Assembly (NCBI GenBank): GCA_963843975.1 | Contig: CAWJMG010000001.1 | Span: 1,050,001-1,082,000 of the forward strand | DNA: 32,000 bases | Source of the DNA: an uncultured Actinomycetes bacterium | GTDB lineage: Bacteria; Actinomycetota; Actinomycetes; S36-B12; CAIYMF01 | Reading direction: 5' to 3' | Shown: positions 10,425 through 18,001 of the stretch, piece by piece | Layout: each line of letters begins with the position of its first letter | Numbering within the stretch: position 1 is the stretch's first letter | Position numbers and translations under genes: made by a program | The notes under the pieces: generated by a model | Database searches by the model: none | Told to the model about the DNA's origin: nothing | Seen by the model: only the letters and a program-made list of their open reading frames with translations

Positions 10425-11606
10425 ATGTCCGCCCCACACGGTCGCCGCGGCAGCGTCCGACAGGACGCGAACGGTACCTGGTCGTTCGTCGTCGACGCCA
10501 AAGACGAGTCGGGGAAGCGCCGTCAAACTCGGCGTCGGGGTTTCGCGACCAGACGCATCGCGCAGGCGGAACTCACGCTCTTGCTCAGCTCGCTGGCCGA
10601 CAACACGTACGTCTCACCGCAGACGACAACCGTGGGCGACTTCCTTGTCGGCACGTGGCTTCCCGCAATCGAGCACACGATCAAACCGGCCACCTTCGAG
10701 TCGTACCGGCGAAACGTCCGTCTCCACGTGGCGGGGCGTCTGATCGGCCGGCGCAGGCTGCAGGACGTCGAGCCCGCCGACCTCAACGCGCTCTACTCGC
10801 TGCTGCTCAGGGGCGACGACGGCCATCGGGCGCTGTCGGGCCGGTCGGTGGCCTACATCGCCGCGATCATTCACCGTGCGTTGCGTGACGCCGTGCGCTG
10901 GCAGCTCATCGTGCGCAACCCGGCCGACTTCGCAGATCCGCCCAGGCCGGTGCCGGCCTCGCAGATGCGCACCTGGTCGGCCGCCGAGCTCAAGACCTTC
11001 CTAGCCGGCATCGCCGAGGATCGCCTCGCTGGCGCGTGGTGGCTGCTCGCCACGACAGGGATGCGGCGAGGGGAGGTGCTCGGGCTCCGCTGGCGGGACG
11101 TCGACCTCGACGCGGGCGTCCTGCAGATCAGCAGGACCCTCATCACGACCGATGTCCAGCGCAAGGGCATGCCCGGCATGGAGTGGGGCACGCCCAAGAC
11201 CGGAAAGGGCCGGCGACGGGTCGCCCTCGACCCTGGGACGGTAGTCGCCCTTAGGGCCCACCGCGCCCACCAGAACCAGGAACGGCTGGCGTTCGCAGGG
11301 GCTTACGAGGAGTCGGATCTGGTGGTGTGCCGCGAGGACGGCCATCCACTGCACCCGAAGTCGCTGTCGTACCACTTCGAGAAGTGGGGCCAGCGCCTCG
11401 AACTTCCCCGGATCCGCCTGCACGATCTGCGACACACCCACGCGACCCTCGCGCTCCGCGCGGGGGTCCATCCGCGGGTGGTACAGGAGCGCCTCGGCCA
11501 CGCGAACGTGTCGATCACCCTCGACACGTACTCCCATGTGGACATCCAGATGCAGGCAGATGCTGCCGCGAAAGTCGCTGCGTTGGTCACTGGTGCCGAC
11601 TCGTGA
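10425..11606 (+). CDS. int: Tyrosine recombinase / phage-type integrase with AP2-like arm-binding N-terminus
   Basis: AGGAGG RBS. N-terminus GSVRQDANGTWSFVVDAKDESGKRRQTRRRGF (AP2-like). Catalytic motifs are TGMRRGE (Arg), HDLRHTHAT (His-x-x-Arg) and LGHANVSITLDTYSH (His and Tyr). The frame looks intact. Confidence 0.93.
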   Translation: MSAPHGRRGSVRQDANGTWSFVVDAKDESGKRRQTRRRGFATRRIAQAELTLLLSSLADNTYVSPQTTTVGDFLVGTWLPAIEHTIKPATFESYRRNVRLHVAGRLIGRRRLQDVEPADLNALYSLLLRGDDGHRALSGRSVAYIAAIIHRALRDAVRWQLIVRNPADFADPPRPVPASQMRTWSAAELKTFLAGIAEDRLAGAWWLLATTGMRRGEVLGLRWRDVDLDAGVLQISRTLITTDVQRKGMPGMEWGTPKTGKGRRRVALDPGTVVALRAHRAHQNQERLAFAGAYEESDLVVCREDGHPLHPKSLSYHFEKWGQRLELPRIRLHDLRHTHATLALRAGVHPRVVQERLGHANVSITLDTYSHVDIQMQADAAAKVAALVTGADS

Positions 11607-11637
11607 CAGAAGGTTCTGTGACCAGTTTCGTGACCAG
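11603..11637 (+). promoter_or_regulatory. Putative integrase arm-type sites (three GTGAC(A/C)(A/G) repeats) between int stop and tRNA
   Basis: GTGACAGA at 11603-11610, GTGACCAG at 11618-11625 and GTGACCAG at 11630-11637, the last two 12 bp apart. They lie ~70-100 bp from the tRNA 3' end and share the GTGAC core and 12-bp spacing with the 9641-9883 array. Confidence 0.3.
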
Positions 11638-11705
11638 AAGGCTCCGAAACGCCCGAAACGGCGCCCCCGCAAGTCTCTGACCTGCGAGAACGCCGTTCCG
11701 TTCGG

Positions 11706-11790
11706 CGGTGGCGGTGGGATTTGAACCCACGGAGGCTTTCACCTCACACGCTTTCGAGGCGTGCTCCTTCGGCCGCTCGGACACGCCACC
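11706..11790 (-). tRNA. tRNA-Ser (anticodon CGA), no encoded CCA
   Basis: Reverse strand: GGTGGCG TG TCCGAGCGGCCGAAGGAG CACGC CTCGAAA GCGTG TGAGGTGAAAGCCTCC GTGGG TTCAAAT CCCAC CGCCACC G. It has a 7-bp acceptor stem, long variable arm, T-loop TTCAAAT and anticodon loop C-U-CGA-A-A. Confidence 0.93.
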
Positions 11791-11944
11791 GCCGAGGAGG
11801 GTACAAGGTCCGGGCGGTCACACCGAAATCGGCAACGGCCCACCCGGGCGCACGGGTGACCGACGCCACCCCGCCCCGCGACGGCCCGGAGCGGTCTAGC
11901 GTGCCCCGCAGGACCCCGCCCGCACCCGCCCGGAAGGCACCCCC

Positions 11945-12730
11945 GTGACCCAGGAGACCCTCGGCGCCGTCGTCACCGGAGCAGCCGGGGGCATCGGCCG
12001 CGCCATCGCCCGGCGCCTCGCGGCGGAGGGCCTGCGGGTCGTCGTCAACGACCTTGACGCGGGCGGCAGCGAGGCGGTCGCGGCCGAGATCGGCGGGTAC
12101 GCCGTACCCGGTGACTGCGCGAGCGAGGCCGGCGTCGCCGCGCTCGTCGCAGCCGCCACAGAGCACCTGGGCCGGATCGACGTGTATGTCGCCAACGCGG
12201 GCATCGGGACCGGGCACGGGCTCGAGACCACTGACGCCGAGTGGGCGACAGTGCTCGAGGTGAACCTGCTCGCGCACGTGCGGGCGGCCCGCGCGCTGGT
12301 TCCTGGGTGGCTGGTCGACGGACAGGGCGGGCGGTTCGTCGTCACGGCGTCGGCGGCCGGTGTGCTCACGATGATCGGCGACGCGTCGTACTCGGTGACC
12401 AAGCACGGGGCCGTGGCGTTCGCGGAGTGGCTGTCGGCGACGTACCGCGACCGTGGCGTCGTGGTGCAGGCCCTGTGCCCGCAGGGCGTGCGGACGGCGA
12501 TGATCCAGGACGTCGGCGCCGTGGCACCGCTGCTCGACAACGCGGGCACGCTCGAGCCGGAGGACGTGGCGGAGGTGCTGTGGCAGGCGTTCGGCGACGA
12601 CCGGTTCCTCGTGCTGCCGCACCCCGAGGTGGCGCAGTTCTACGCCGCCCGCGCGAGCGATCCGGACCGGTGGTTGGCGCAGATGAACTGGATGCAGCTG
12701 AAGCTCGGGGTGCCGCGCCTCGGCGAGTGA
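11945..12730 (+). CDS. SDR-family oxidoreductase
   Basis: TGAAGGIGRAIA (TGxxxGxG), NAG motif (VANAGIG), catalytic S...YSVTKHG (YxxxK). GTG start. Confidence 0.88.
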   Translation: MTQETLGAVVTGAAGGIGRAIARRLAAEGLRVVVNDLDAGGSEAVAAEIGGYAVPGDCASEAGVAALVAAATEHLGRIDVYVANAGIGTGHGLETTDAEWATVLEVNLLAHVRAARALVPGWLVDGQGGRFVVTASAAGVLTMIGDASYSVTKHGAVAFAEWLSATYRDRGVVVQALCPQGVRTAMIQDVGAVAPLLDNAGTLEPEDVAEVLWQAFGDDRFLVLPHPEVAQFYAARASDPDRWLAQMNWMQLKLGVPRLGE

Positions 12731-12810
12731 ACGACGTGGCTTCGTCCGTTCATCGGAAGCGCAGCGACGGAGTGGTGGCCTGGCGCGTCACTGCGGGGTT
12801 AGCGTGCGCC

Positions 12811-13401
12811 ATGGCTGCGGAGTCGTCGTACACCATCGAGCCCCTCTCCCCCGAGACGTGGCCGGCCTTCGACGCGATGGTGCAGCGGCACAACGGCATC
12901 TTCGGCGGCTGCTGGTGCATCTGGTTCCACCCCGACGGTCCGGGGCGAGGCCAGGGCGCCGAGGCCAACCGGGCGCTCAAGAGGGCGTACGTCGAGCAGG
13001 GCAAGGCGCACGCCGCGCTGGTGATGGACGGCGACGAGGCGATCGCCTGGGCGGAGTACGGCACGCCGGTCGAGCTGCCAAGCCTTCACCACCTGAAGGA
13101 GTACGACGCCACCAAGACGGCGGACCCCGACTTCCGCATCACGTGCGTCTTCGTCGACAAGCGACACCGGCGCCAGGGCGTGACGGAGCTGGCGATCACC
13201 GGTGCGCTCGACCTGATCGCGCAGGCCGGCGGCGGACGGGTGGAGAGCTATCCGCACGACCTCACCGAGCAGACCCAGAAGATGTCGTCGTCGTTCCTCT
13301 ACAACGGCACCCGCAGCCTGTACGAGCGGCTCGGCTTCACCTACGACCGGCCCAAAGGGCTGAAGAACTGCGTCATGGTGAAGACGGTCGATCCCGCCTG
13401 A
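12811..13401 (+). CDS. GNAT-family N-acetyltransferase
   Basis: MAAESSYTIEPLSPETWPAFDAMVQRHNGIFGGCWCIWFH... plus RRQGVTELAITGALDLIAQAG (acetyl-CoA binding R-x-x-G-x-G/A-like). The part of track ORF 12241..13401 upstream of 12811 overlaps the SDR gene. Confidence 0.7.
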   Translation: MAAESSYTIEPLSPETWPAFDAMVQRHNGIFGGCWCIWFHPDGPGRGQGAEANRALKRAYVEQGKAHAALVMDGDEAIAWAEYGTPVELPSLHHLKEYDATKTADPDFRITCVFVDKRHRRQGVTELAITGALDLIAQAGGGRVESYPHDLTEQTQKMSSSFLYNGTRSLYERLGFTYDRPKGLKNCVMVKTVDPA

Positions 13402-13477
13402 GGTCGTGCCGCCGGTCGACGCTCGAAATCTCGCGAATCGCGTTCCGGACGACGTCGCAGCGACGTCCACGCATCCA

Positions 13478-13567
13478 TGAAGGGTGACTTTGTTGCGCTC
13501 TTAGCAACGAAGTCCCCTACTGGGCGAGGCCTTCGGCCATCTTCGCCCAGCGGGGGCCCACCCTTCA
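13478..13567 (+). other. Compact 90-nt three-way-junction fold (possible cis-regulatory RNA or structured repeat); strand not established
   Basis: P1 is TGAAGGGTG (13478-13486) paired with CACCCTTCA (13559-13567). P2 is hairpin 13489-13511 (TTTGTTGC/GCAACGAA, loop GCTCTTA). P3 is 13514-13555 (CCCC..CTGGGCGA GGCC-TTC-GGCC ..TCGCCCAG..GGGG). It lies 37 nt upstream of the kinase-like gene. Confidence 0.3.
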
Positions 13568-13604
13568 CCGCAATCAACGGCGGTGGCGTGAGTAGCGTCG
13601 GGGT

Positions 13605-14624
13605 GTGAGCGGGCTTCCGGGGCTGGACCTCGATGCGGTGAGCGGGTGGCTGGACGCCTCCGCTCCTGGGCTGCGGCGCGGGCCGCTCACCGGATCGGTG
13701 ATCGCCGGCGGGCTGTCGAACCTCACCTACCGCGTCACCGACGGCACCAACACGTGGGCGCTGCGCCGGCCGCCGCTCGGGCACGTGCTCTCGACCGCGC
13801 ACGACATGACCCGCGAGTTCCGCGTCATCAGCGCCCTCTCCGGCACGGCCGTCCCCGTCGCGACGCCGGTGATCCTGTGCGAGGACGTCGACGTCAACGG
13901 CGCACCCTTCTACCTCATGTCGTACGTCGACGGCGTCGTCCTCGACCGTCCGGACGTCCTGGCCGCGCTCACGCCCGACGACGCGGGCCGGGCCTGCGAG
14001 CTGCTCGTCGACACGCTGCTCGCGCTGCACGAGGTCGACCCGGTCGATGTAGGCCTCGAGGAGTTCGGGCGGCCGCACGGCTTCCTCGAGCGGCAGGTGA
14101 AGCGCTGGCGCACCCAGTGGGAGGCGTCGGAGACCGAGCCGCGCGCAGGCCTCGACGACCTTGTCGCGCGCCTCACCGACCTGACCCCGGAGCAGCAGGC
14201 GCCCGGAATCGTGCACGGCGACTACCGCCTCACCAACGTCATCTACTCCCACGGCGTCGACCGCATCGCGGCCGTCGTCGACTGGGAGATGGCCACGCTC
14301 GGCGACCCGCTGACCGACGTAGGCCTGCTCGTCGTCTACCAGACCCTCGGCGAGCAGGGGATGTTCGGCGCCGTGCCCATGAGCCAGTCGGCGGGCTTCC
14401 TCAGCCCCGACGCGATGGTGCAGCGGTACGCCGCCGGCTCGAGCCGCGACCTGGCCGCGCTGCCGTGGTACGTCGCGTTCGGCTGGTTCAAGCTGGCCGT
14501 GATCGCCGAGGGCATCCACGCGCGCTACCTGCAGGGCGCCACCGTCGGCGAGGGTTTCGGCGCGATCGGCGCCTCGGTGCCGCGCCTGCTCGACGCCTCG
14601 CGCCACTGGCTCGACCAGCTCTGA
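13605..14624 (+). CDS. Phosphotransferase-family protein (APH/choline-kinase fold)
   Basis: GGLSNLTYRV, HGDYRLTNVIY (catalytic loop HxDxxxxN) and VVDWEMATLGDPLTDVG (DxE/D metal-binding region). Sits directly upstream of an acyl-CoA dehydrogenase, as in ACAD10/11-type pairs. Confidence 0.85.
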   Translation: MSGLPGLDLDAVSGWLDASAPGLRRGPLTGSVIAGGLSNLTYRVTDGTNTWALRRPPLGHVLSTAHDMTREFRVISALSGTAVPVATPVILCEDVDVNGAPFYLMSYVDGVVLDRPDVLAALTPDDAGRACELLVDTLLALHEVDPVDVGLEEFGRPHGFLERQVKRWRTQWEASETEPRAGLDDLVARLTDLTPEQQAPGIVHGDYRLTNVIYSHGVDRIAAVVDWEMATLGDPLTDVGLLVVYQTLGEQGMFGAVPMSQSAGFLSPDAMVQRYAAGSSRDLAALPWYVAFGWFKLAVIAEGIHARYLQGATVGEGFGAIGASVPRLLDASRHWLDQL

Positions 14625-14649
14625 CGACGGACCCGCACGACCAGCCCAG

Positions 14650-14674
14650 CACGGCACGGCACGGCACGGCACGA
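14650..14674. repeat. Pentanucleotide microsatellite (CACGG)x4 plus one partial unit
   Basis: CACGGCACGGCACGGCACGGCACGA lies in the 124-bp spacer between the kinase-like gene and the ACAD gene. GACCCGCACGACCA also occurs twice (14630-14643 and 14716-14729). Confidence 0.85.
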
Positions 14675-14748
14675 CCGATCCGACCGCGCGGCAACGCCGC
14701 GAGGGTACGACGTACGACCCGCACGACCACGCGACGAAGGGGACAACG

Positions 14749-15981
14749 ATGGACTTCCGGCACAGCGACCGATCGCTCGCGCTGCAGGAGCAGGTGCGCA
14801 CGTTCCTCGACGAGCACGTCTACCCGGCCGAGCACACCTTCGAGGAGCAGGCAGCGGCGTACCGCGCTGCGGGCACGCCGTTCCGCACGCCGGAGGTGAT
14901 GGCCGGGCTCAAGGACGTGGCGCGCGGCCAGGGCCTGTGGAACCTGTTCCTCCCGAACTCCGAGGACGGTGCCGGTCTCAGCGTGCTGGAGTACGCGCCG
15001 ATCGCCGAGCTGTCCGGCCGCTCGGCGCACATCGCGCCCGAGGCCATGAACTGCAACGCGCCCGACACCGGCAACATGGAGCTGCTGCACATGTTCGCGA
15101 CGCCGGAGCAGCGCGAGCAGTGGCTCGATCCGCTGCTGGCCGGCGAGATCCGCTCGTGCTTCTCCATGACCGAGCCCGACGTCGCGTCGTCGGACGCCAC
15201 CAACATCGCGGCCACCATCACCGAGGACGGCGACAGCTACGTCGTGCACGGCCGCAAGTGGTGGTCGACCGGCGCGATGCGACCAGAGTGCACGATCTCG
15301 ATCGTCATGGGCGTGAGCGACCCCGACAACGCACGGCACGCGCGGCAGTCGATGATCCTCGTGCCGCTCGACGCCCCGGGTGTGACCATCGAGCGCTCGA
15401 CCTCGGTCTTCGGGTACGACGACGGCTCGCACGGCGGCCACGGCGTCATCGACTTCGACCACGTGCGCGTGCCGAAGGCCAACCTGCTCGGCCCGCGCGG
15501 CGGCGGCTTCATGATGGCTCAGGCCCGCCTCGGCCCCGGCCGCATCCACCACTGCATGCGCTCCCTCGGCATGGCCGAGCGGGCGCTCGAGCTCATGTGC
15601 GAGCGCGCGGTCGCGCGCACTGCGTTCGGCCGTCCGCTGTCCGACCAGGGAGTCGTGCGCGAGTGGATCGCGGAGTCGCGCATCCGCCTCGAGCAGGCAC
15701 GGCTGCTGGTGCTGAAGACCGCCTGGCTCATCGACACCGTCGGCACGCGCGGAGCGGCCACGGAGATCGCCGCGATCAAGGTCGTGGCTCCGCGCGAGGC
15801 GCTCTGGGTGCTCGACAAGGCGATCCAGGTGCACGGCGCGGCCGGCGTCTCCGGCGACTTCCCGCTCGCCGAGATGTGGGCCGGGCTGCGCACCCTGCGC
15901 TTCGCCGACGGCCCCGACGAGGTGCACCTGCGCAGCATCGCCCGCGAGCAGCTGAAGCCCTACCTCCCCCCGCGCGACTGA
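14749..15981 (+). CDS. Acyl-CoA dehydrogenase family protein (ACAD10/11-like C-terminal type)
   Basis: 410 aa. MDFRHSDRSLALQEQVRTFLDEHVYPAE..., CFSMTEPDVASSDATNI, KWWSTGA and a C-terminal FADGPDEVH segment, typical of the FadE/ACAD fold. Confidence 0.9.
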   Translation: MDFRHSDRSLALQEQVRTFLDEHVYPAEHTFEEQAAAYRAAGTPFRTPEVMAGLKDVARGQGLWNLFLPNSEDGAGLSVLEYAPIAELSGRSAHIAPEAMNCNAPDTGNMELLHMFATPEQREQWLDPLLAGEIRSCFSMTEPDVASSDATNIAATITEDGDSYVVHGRKWWSTGAMRPECTISIVMGVSDPDNARHARQSMILVPLDAPGVTIERSTSVFGYDDGSHGGHGVIDFDHVRVPKANLLGPRGGGFMMAQARLGPGRIHHCMRSLGMAERALELMCERAVARTAFGRPLSDQGVVREWIAESRIRLEQARLLVLKTAWLIDTVGTRGAATEIAAIKVVAPREALWVLDKAIQVHGAAGVSGDFPLAEMWAGLRTLRFADGPDEVHLRSIAREQLKPYLPPRD

Positions 15982-15987
15982 GGGCTC

Positions 15988-16049
15988 CGAGTCACTGCCC
16001 AAACAGGGGTCTTCTGGCCTTCGATCACCTCATCTTGGGCAGTTACTCG
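15988..16049. repeat. 62-bp palindromic intergenic element, copy 1 (family CGAGTNACTGCCCAA...TTGGGCAGTNACTCG)
   Basis: Left arm is CGAGTCACTGCCCAAA (15988-16003). Right arm is TTGGGCAGTTACTCG (16035-16049), whose reverse complement matches 14/15. Same length and termini as the copy at 22679-22740. It overlaps the last codon and stop of tadA. Confidence 0.8.
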
Positions 16050-16540
16050 CGAAAGTCGGTGCTGCGGCGGGCGGCGAAGAAGTCGGCGAGGACGGCGGCG
16101 CACTCGTCCGCGAGCACTCCGGCCACGACCTCGGGCCGGTGGTTGAGCCGGCCGTCGCGCAGCACGTCCCAGAGCGACCCTGCCGCGCCGTACTCGTCGT
16201 TCCACGCGCCGTAGACCACGCGGTCCACGCGCGAGAGCCAGGCGGCGCCGGCACACATCGGGCAGGGCTCGAGGGTGACGGCGAGGACGCAGCCGTCGAG
16301 GCGCCACGTGCCGAGCCGTGCGGCCGCCGCACGCAGCGCGACCACCTCGGCGTGCGCCGTGGGGTCGTGGGTGGCCTCGCGCTCGTTGGCCCCGACCCCG
16401 AGCACCGTGCCGTCGGCCGCGATCACGACCGCACCGATCGGCACCTCGCCCGCGGCACCGGCACGCCTCGCCTCGACGAGCGCCAGGCGTACGGCGTCGA
16501 CGTCGGCTGTTCGCGGCTGCACGCCCCGATCATCGCGCAC
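16043..16540 (-). CDS. tadA: tRNA adenosine(34) deaminase TadA
   Basis: Deaminase zinc motifs HAEVVAL and LEPCPMCAGA. N-terminal region VPIGAVVIAADGTVLGVGANEREATHDPTAHAE. Exact start uncertain. Confidence 0.9.
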   Translation of the reverse strand: MRDDRGVQPRTADVDAVRLALVEARRAGAAGEVPIGAVVIAADGTVLGVGANEREATHDPTAHAEVVALRAAAARLGTWRLDGCVLAVTLEPCPMCAGAAWLSRVDRVVYGAWNDEYGAAGSLWDVLRDGRLNHRPEVVAGVLADECAAVLADFFAARRSTDFRE

Positions 16541-16661
16541 CCGTCACCGCTCAGGGCCACGTGTCACCCGCGGGTCAGCACGCGAGCAGCTCGGATGTTG
16601 CAGCGAATCGACGAATCACCGCTGCATCGTTCGAGCTTCTCGACGACTCAGCGGGACGGGG

Positions 16662-17141
16662 TCAGTCGGGGAGCTGCTCGAGGGCGAGGTCGAACTGCTC
16701 GCCGAAGCCGATCCGTGCGGCGATGCTCGCCAGCACCTCGTCCGGCCACATCTCAGGGTCGTCGAGCAGCAGCTCGATCTCCTCCGGGCCGACGCCGAGG
16801 TCGTCCACGATGCGCAGGTCGCCCGCGGGCTCGGCGTCCTCGCCCTCGACGTCCTCGGGGATGCCGAGGCGGTCGAGTGCGTCCACGCCGAGCGGCCAGT
16901 CCTCGGCCGCGAACACGTCCGAGAGGAGCACACGGACCTCTTCGCCGCGCACGCGGACGATGATGAAGAACTCCTCGGCCACCGAGAGGAAGCCGAGCAC
17001 CCCGTTCTCGCCGGGCTGCGCGCGCAGCGCGTCTACGAGGGCGTCGAGGCTCTCCGTCGCCCTCGGCGGCAGGGTGATCACCTGCCACAGGTTGTCCTCG
17101 CGCCAGGCGGCGACGGCGAAGTCGACAGCGGAGTCGTCCAC
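16662..17141 (-). CDS. tRNA adenosine deaminase-associated protein (actinobacterial family)
   Basis: GTG at 17141 is preceded by GAAGGAGG 6 nt upstream. Sequence VDDSAVDFAVAAWREDNLWQVITLPPRATESLDALVDALRAQPGENGVLGFLSVAEEFFIIVRVRGEEVRVLLSD..., acidic C-terminus. Immediately upstream of tadA. The rest of track ORF 16662..19190 is spurious. Confidence 0.75.
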   Translation of the reverse strand: MDDSAVDFAVAAWREDNLWQVITLPPRATESLDALVDALRAQPGENGVLGFLSVAEEFFIIVRVRGEEVRVLLSDVFAAEDWPLGVDALDRLGIPEDVEGEDAEPAGDLRIVDDLGVGPEEIELLLDDPEMWPDEVLASIAARIGFGEQFDLALEQLPD

Positions 17142-17297
17142 GGCGTACCTCCTTCGAGCGTGCGGGGCGTTCGGGCGTCCCCAGGGTGGCAGACGGCGAC
17201 TGACAGCGTCGCACCTTTGACCGCTCACCGCTGCGGGGCCGCGTGACCTTGGACTCAGCCTCCACACGGGAGCGGCGCACCCCTTACCCTTCGGGCC

Positions 17298-17951
17298 ATG
17301 TCCGAGAGCCTGCGCATCCACGTCGCCGACCACCCCCTCATCGCCCACAAGCTCACGACGCTGCGCGACGCGCGCACGGACTCCCCGACGTTCCGGCGTC
17401 TGGCGGACGAGCTCGTCACCCTGCTGGCGTACGAGGCCACCCGCGGGATCCGCGTCGAGCGCGTCGCCGTGAGCACGCCCGTCGCCCCGGCCATGGGCAT
17501 CAAGCTGGCCGACCCCCGCCCGCTCGTCGTGCCGATCCTGCGCGCCGGCCTCGGCATGCTCGACGGCATGGTGCGGCTGCTCCCCACGGCCGAGGTCGGC
17601 TTCCTCGGGATGATCCGCAACGAGGAGACGCTGGCCGTCTCGACGTACGCCGACCGCGTGCCGCACGACCTGTCCGGGCGCCAGGTGTTCGTGCTCGACC
17701 CGATGCTCGCGACCGGCGGCACGCTCGTCGACGCGATCAACCTGCTGCTCGGCCGCGGCGCCACCGACGTCACCGCCATCTGCCTGCTCGCCGCTCCGGA
17801 GGGCCTCGACCGGCTCCGCGCGGCGTTCGACGGCCGCGGCCTGTCGGTCACCGTCGTCACCGCCGGCCTCGACGAGCGCCTCAACGACAAGGGCTACATC
17901 GTCCCCGGCCTCGGCGACGCCGGCGACCGCCTGTACGGCGTGGTCAGCTAG
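17298..17951 (+). CDS. upp: Uracil phosphoribosyltransferase
   Basis: [29 protein letters not shown]-binding [13 protein letters not shown] and C-terminal [16 protein letters not shown]. Confidence 0.93.
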   Translation: MSESLRIHVADHPLIAHKLTTLRDARTDSPTFRRLADELVTLLAYEATRGIRVERVAVSTPVAPAMGIKLADPRPLVVPILRAGLGMLDGMVRLLPTAEVGFLGMIRNEETLAVSTYADRVPHDLSGRQVFVLDPMLATGGTLVDAINLLLGRGATDVTAICLLAAPEGLDRLRAAFDGRGLSVTVVTAGLDERLNDKGYIVPGLGDAGDRLYGVVS

Positions 17952-18001
17952 CACGCCCGAAAGGACACGAGCGTGTGCAGCACGCTGCTGAGTGCGCGTG
18001 C

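Noticed and set aside
13341-16002. Long antisense ORFs 13341..14801 (486 aa) and 14488..16002 (504 aa)
   Set aside because: They lie opposite well-supported kinase-like and ACAD genes and are rich in Arg, Gly, Ala and Val with no motifs. Long antisense frames are expected in high-GC DNA because stop codons are rare.
17952-18001. Terminator between upp and the secreted paralog
   Set aside because: Only a 7-bp stem (AGCACGC/GCGTGCT) with no T-tract, which is too weak to call.
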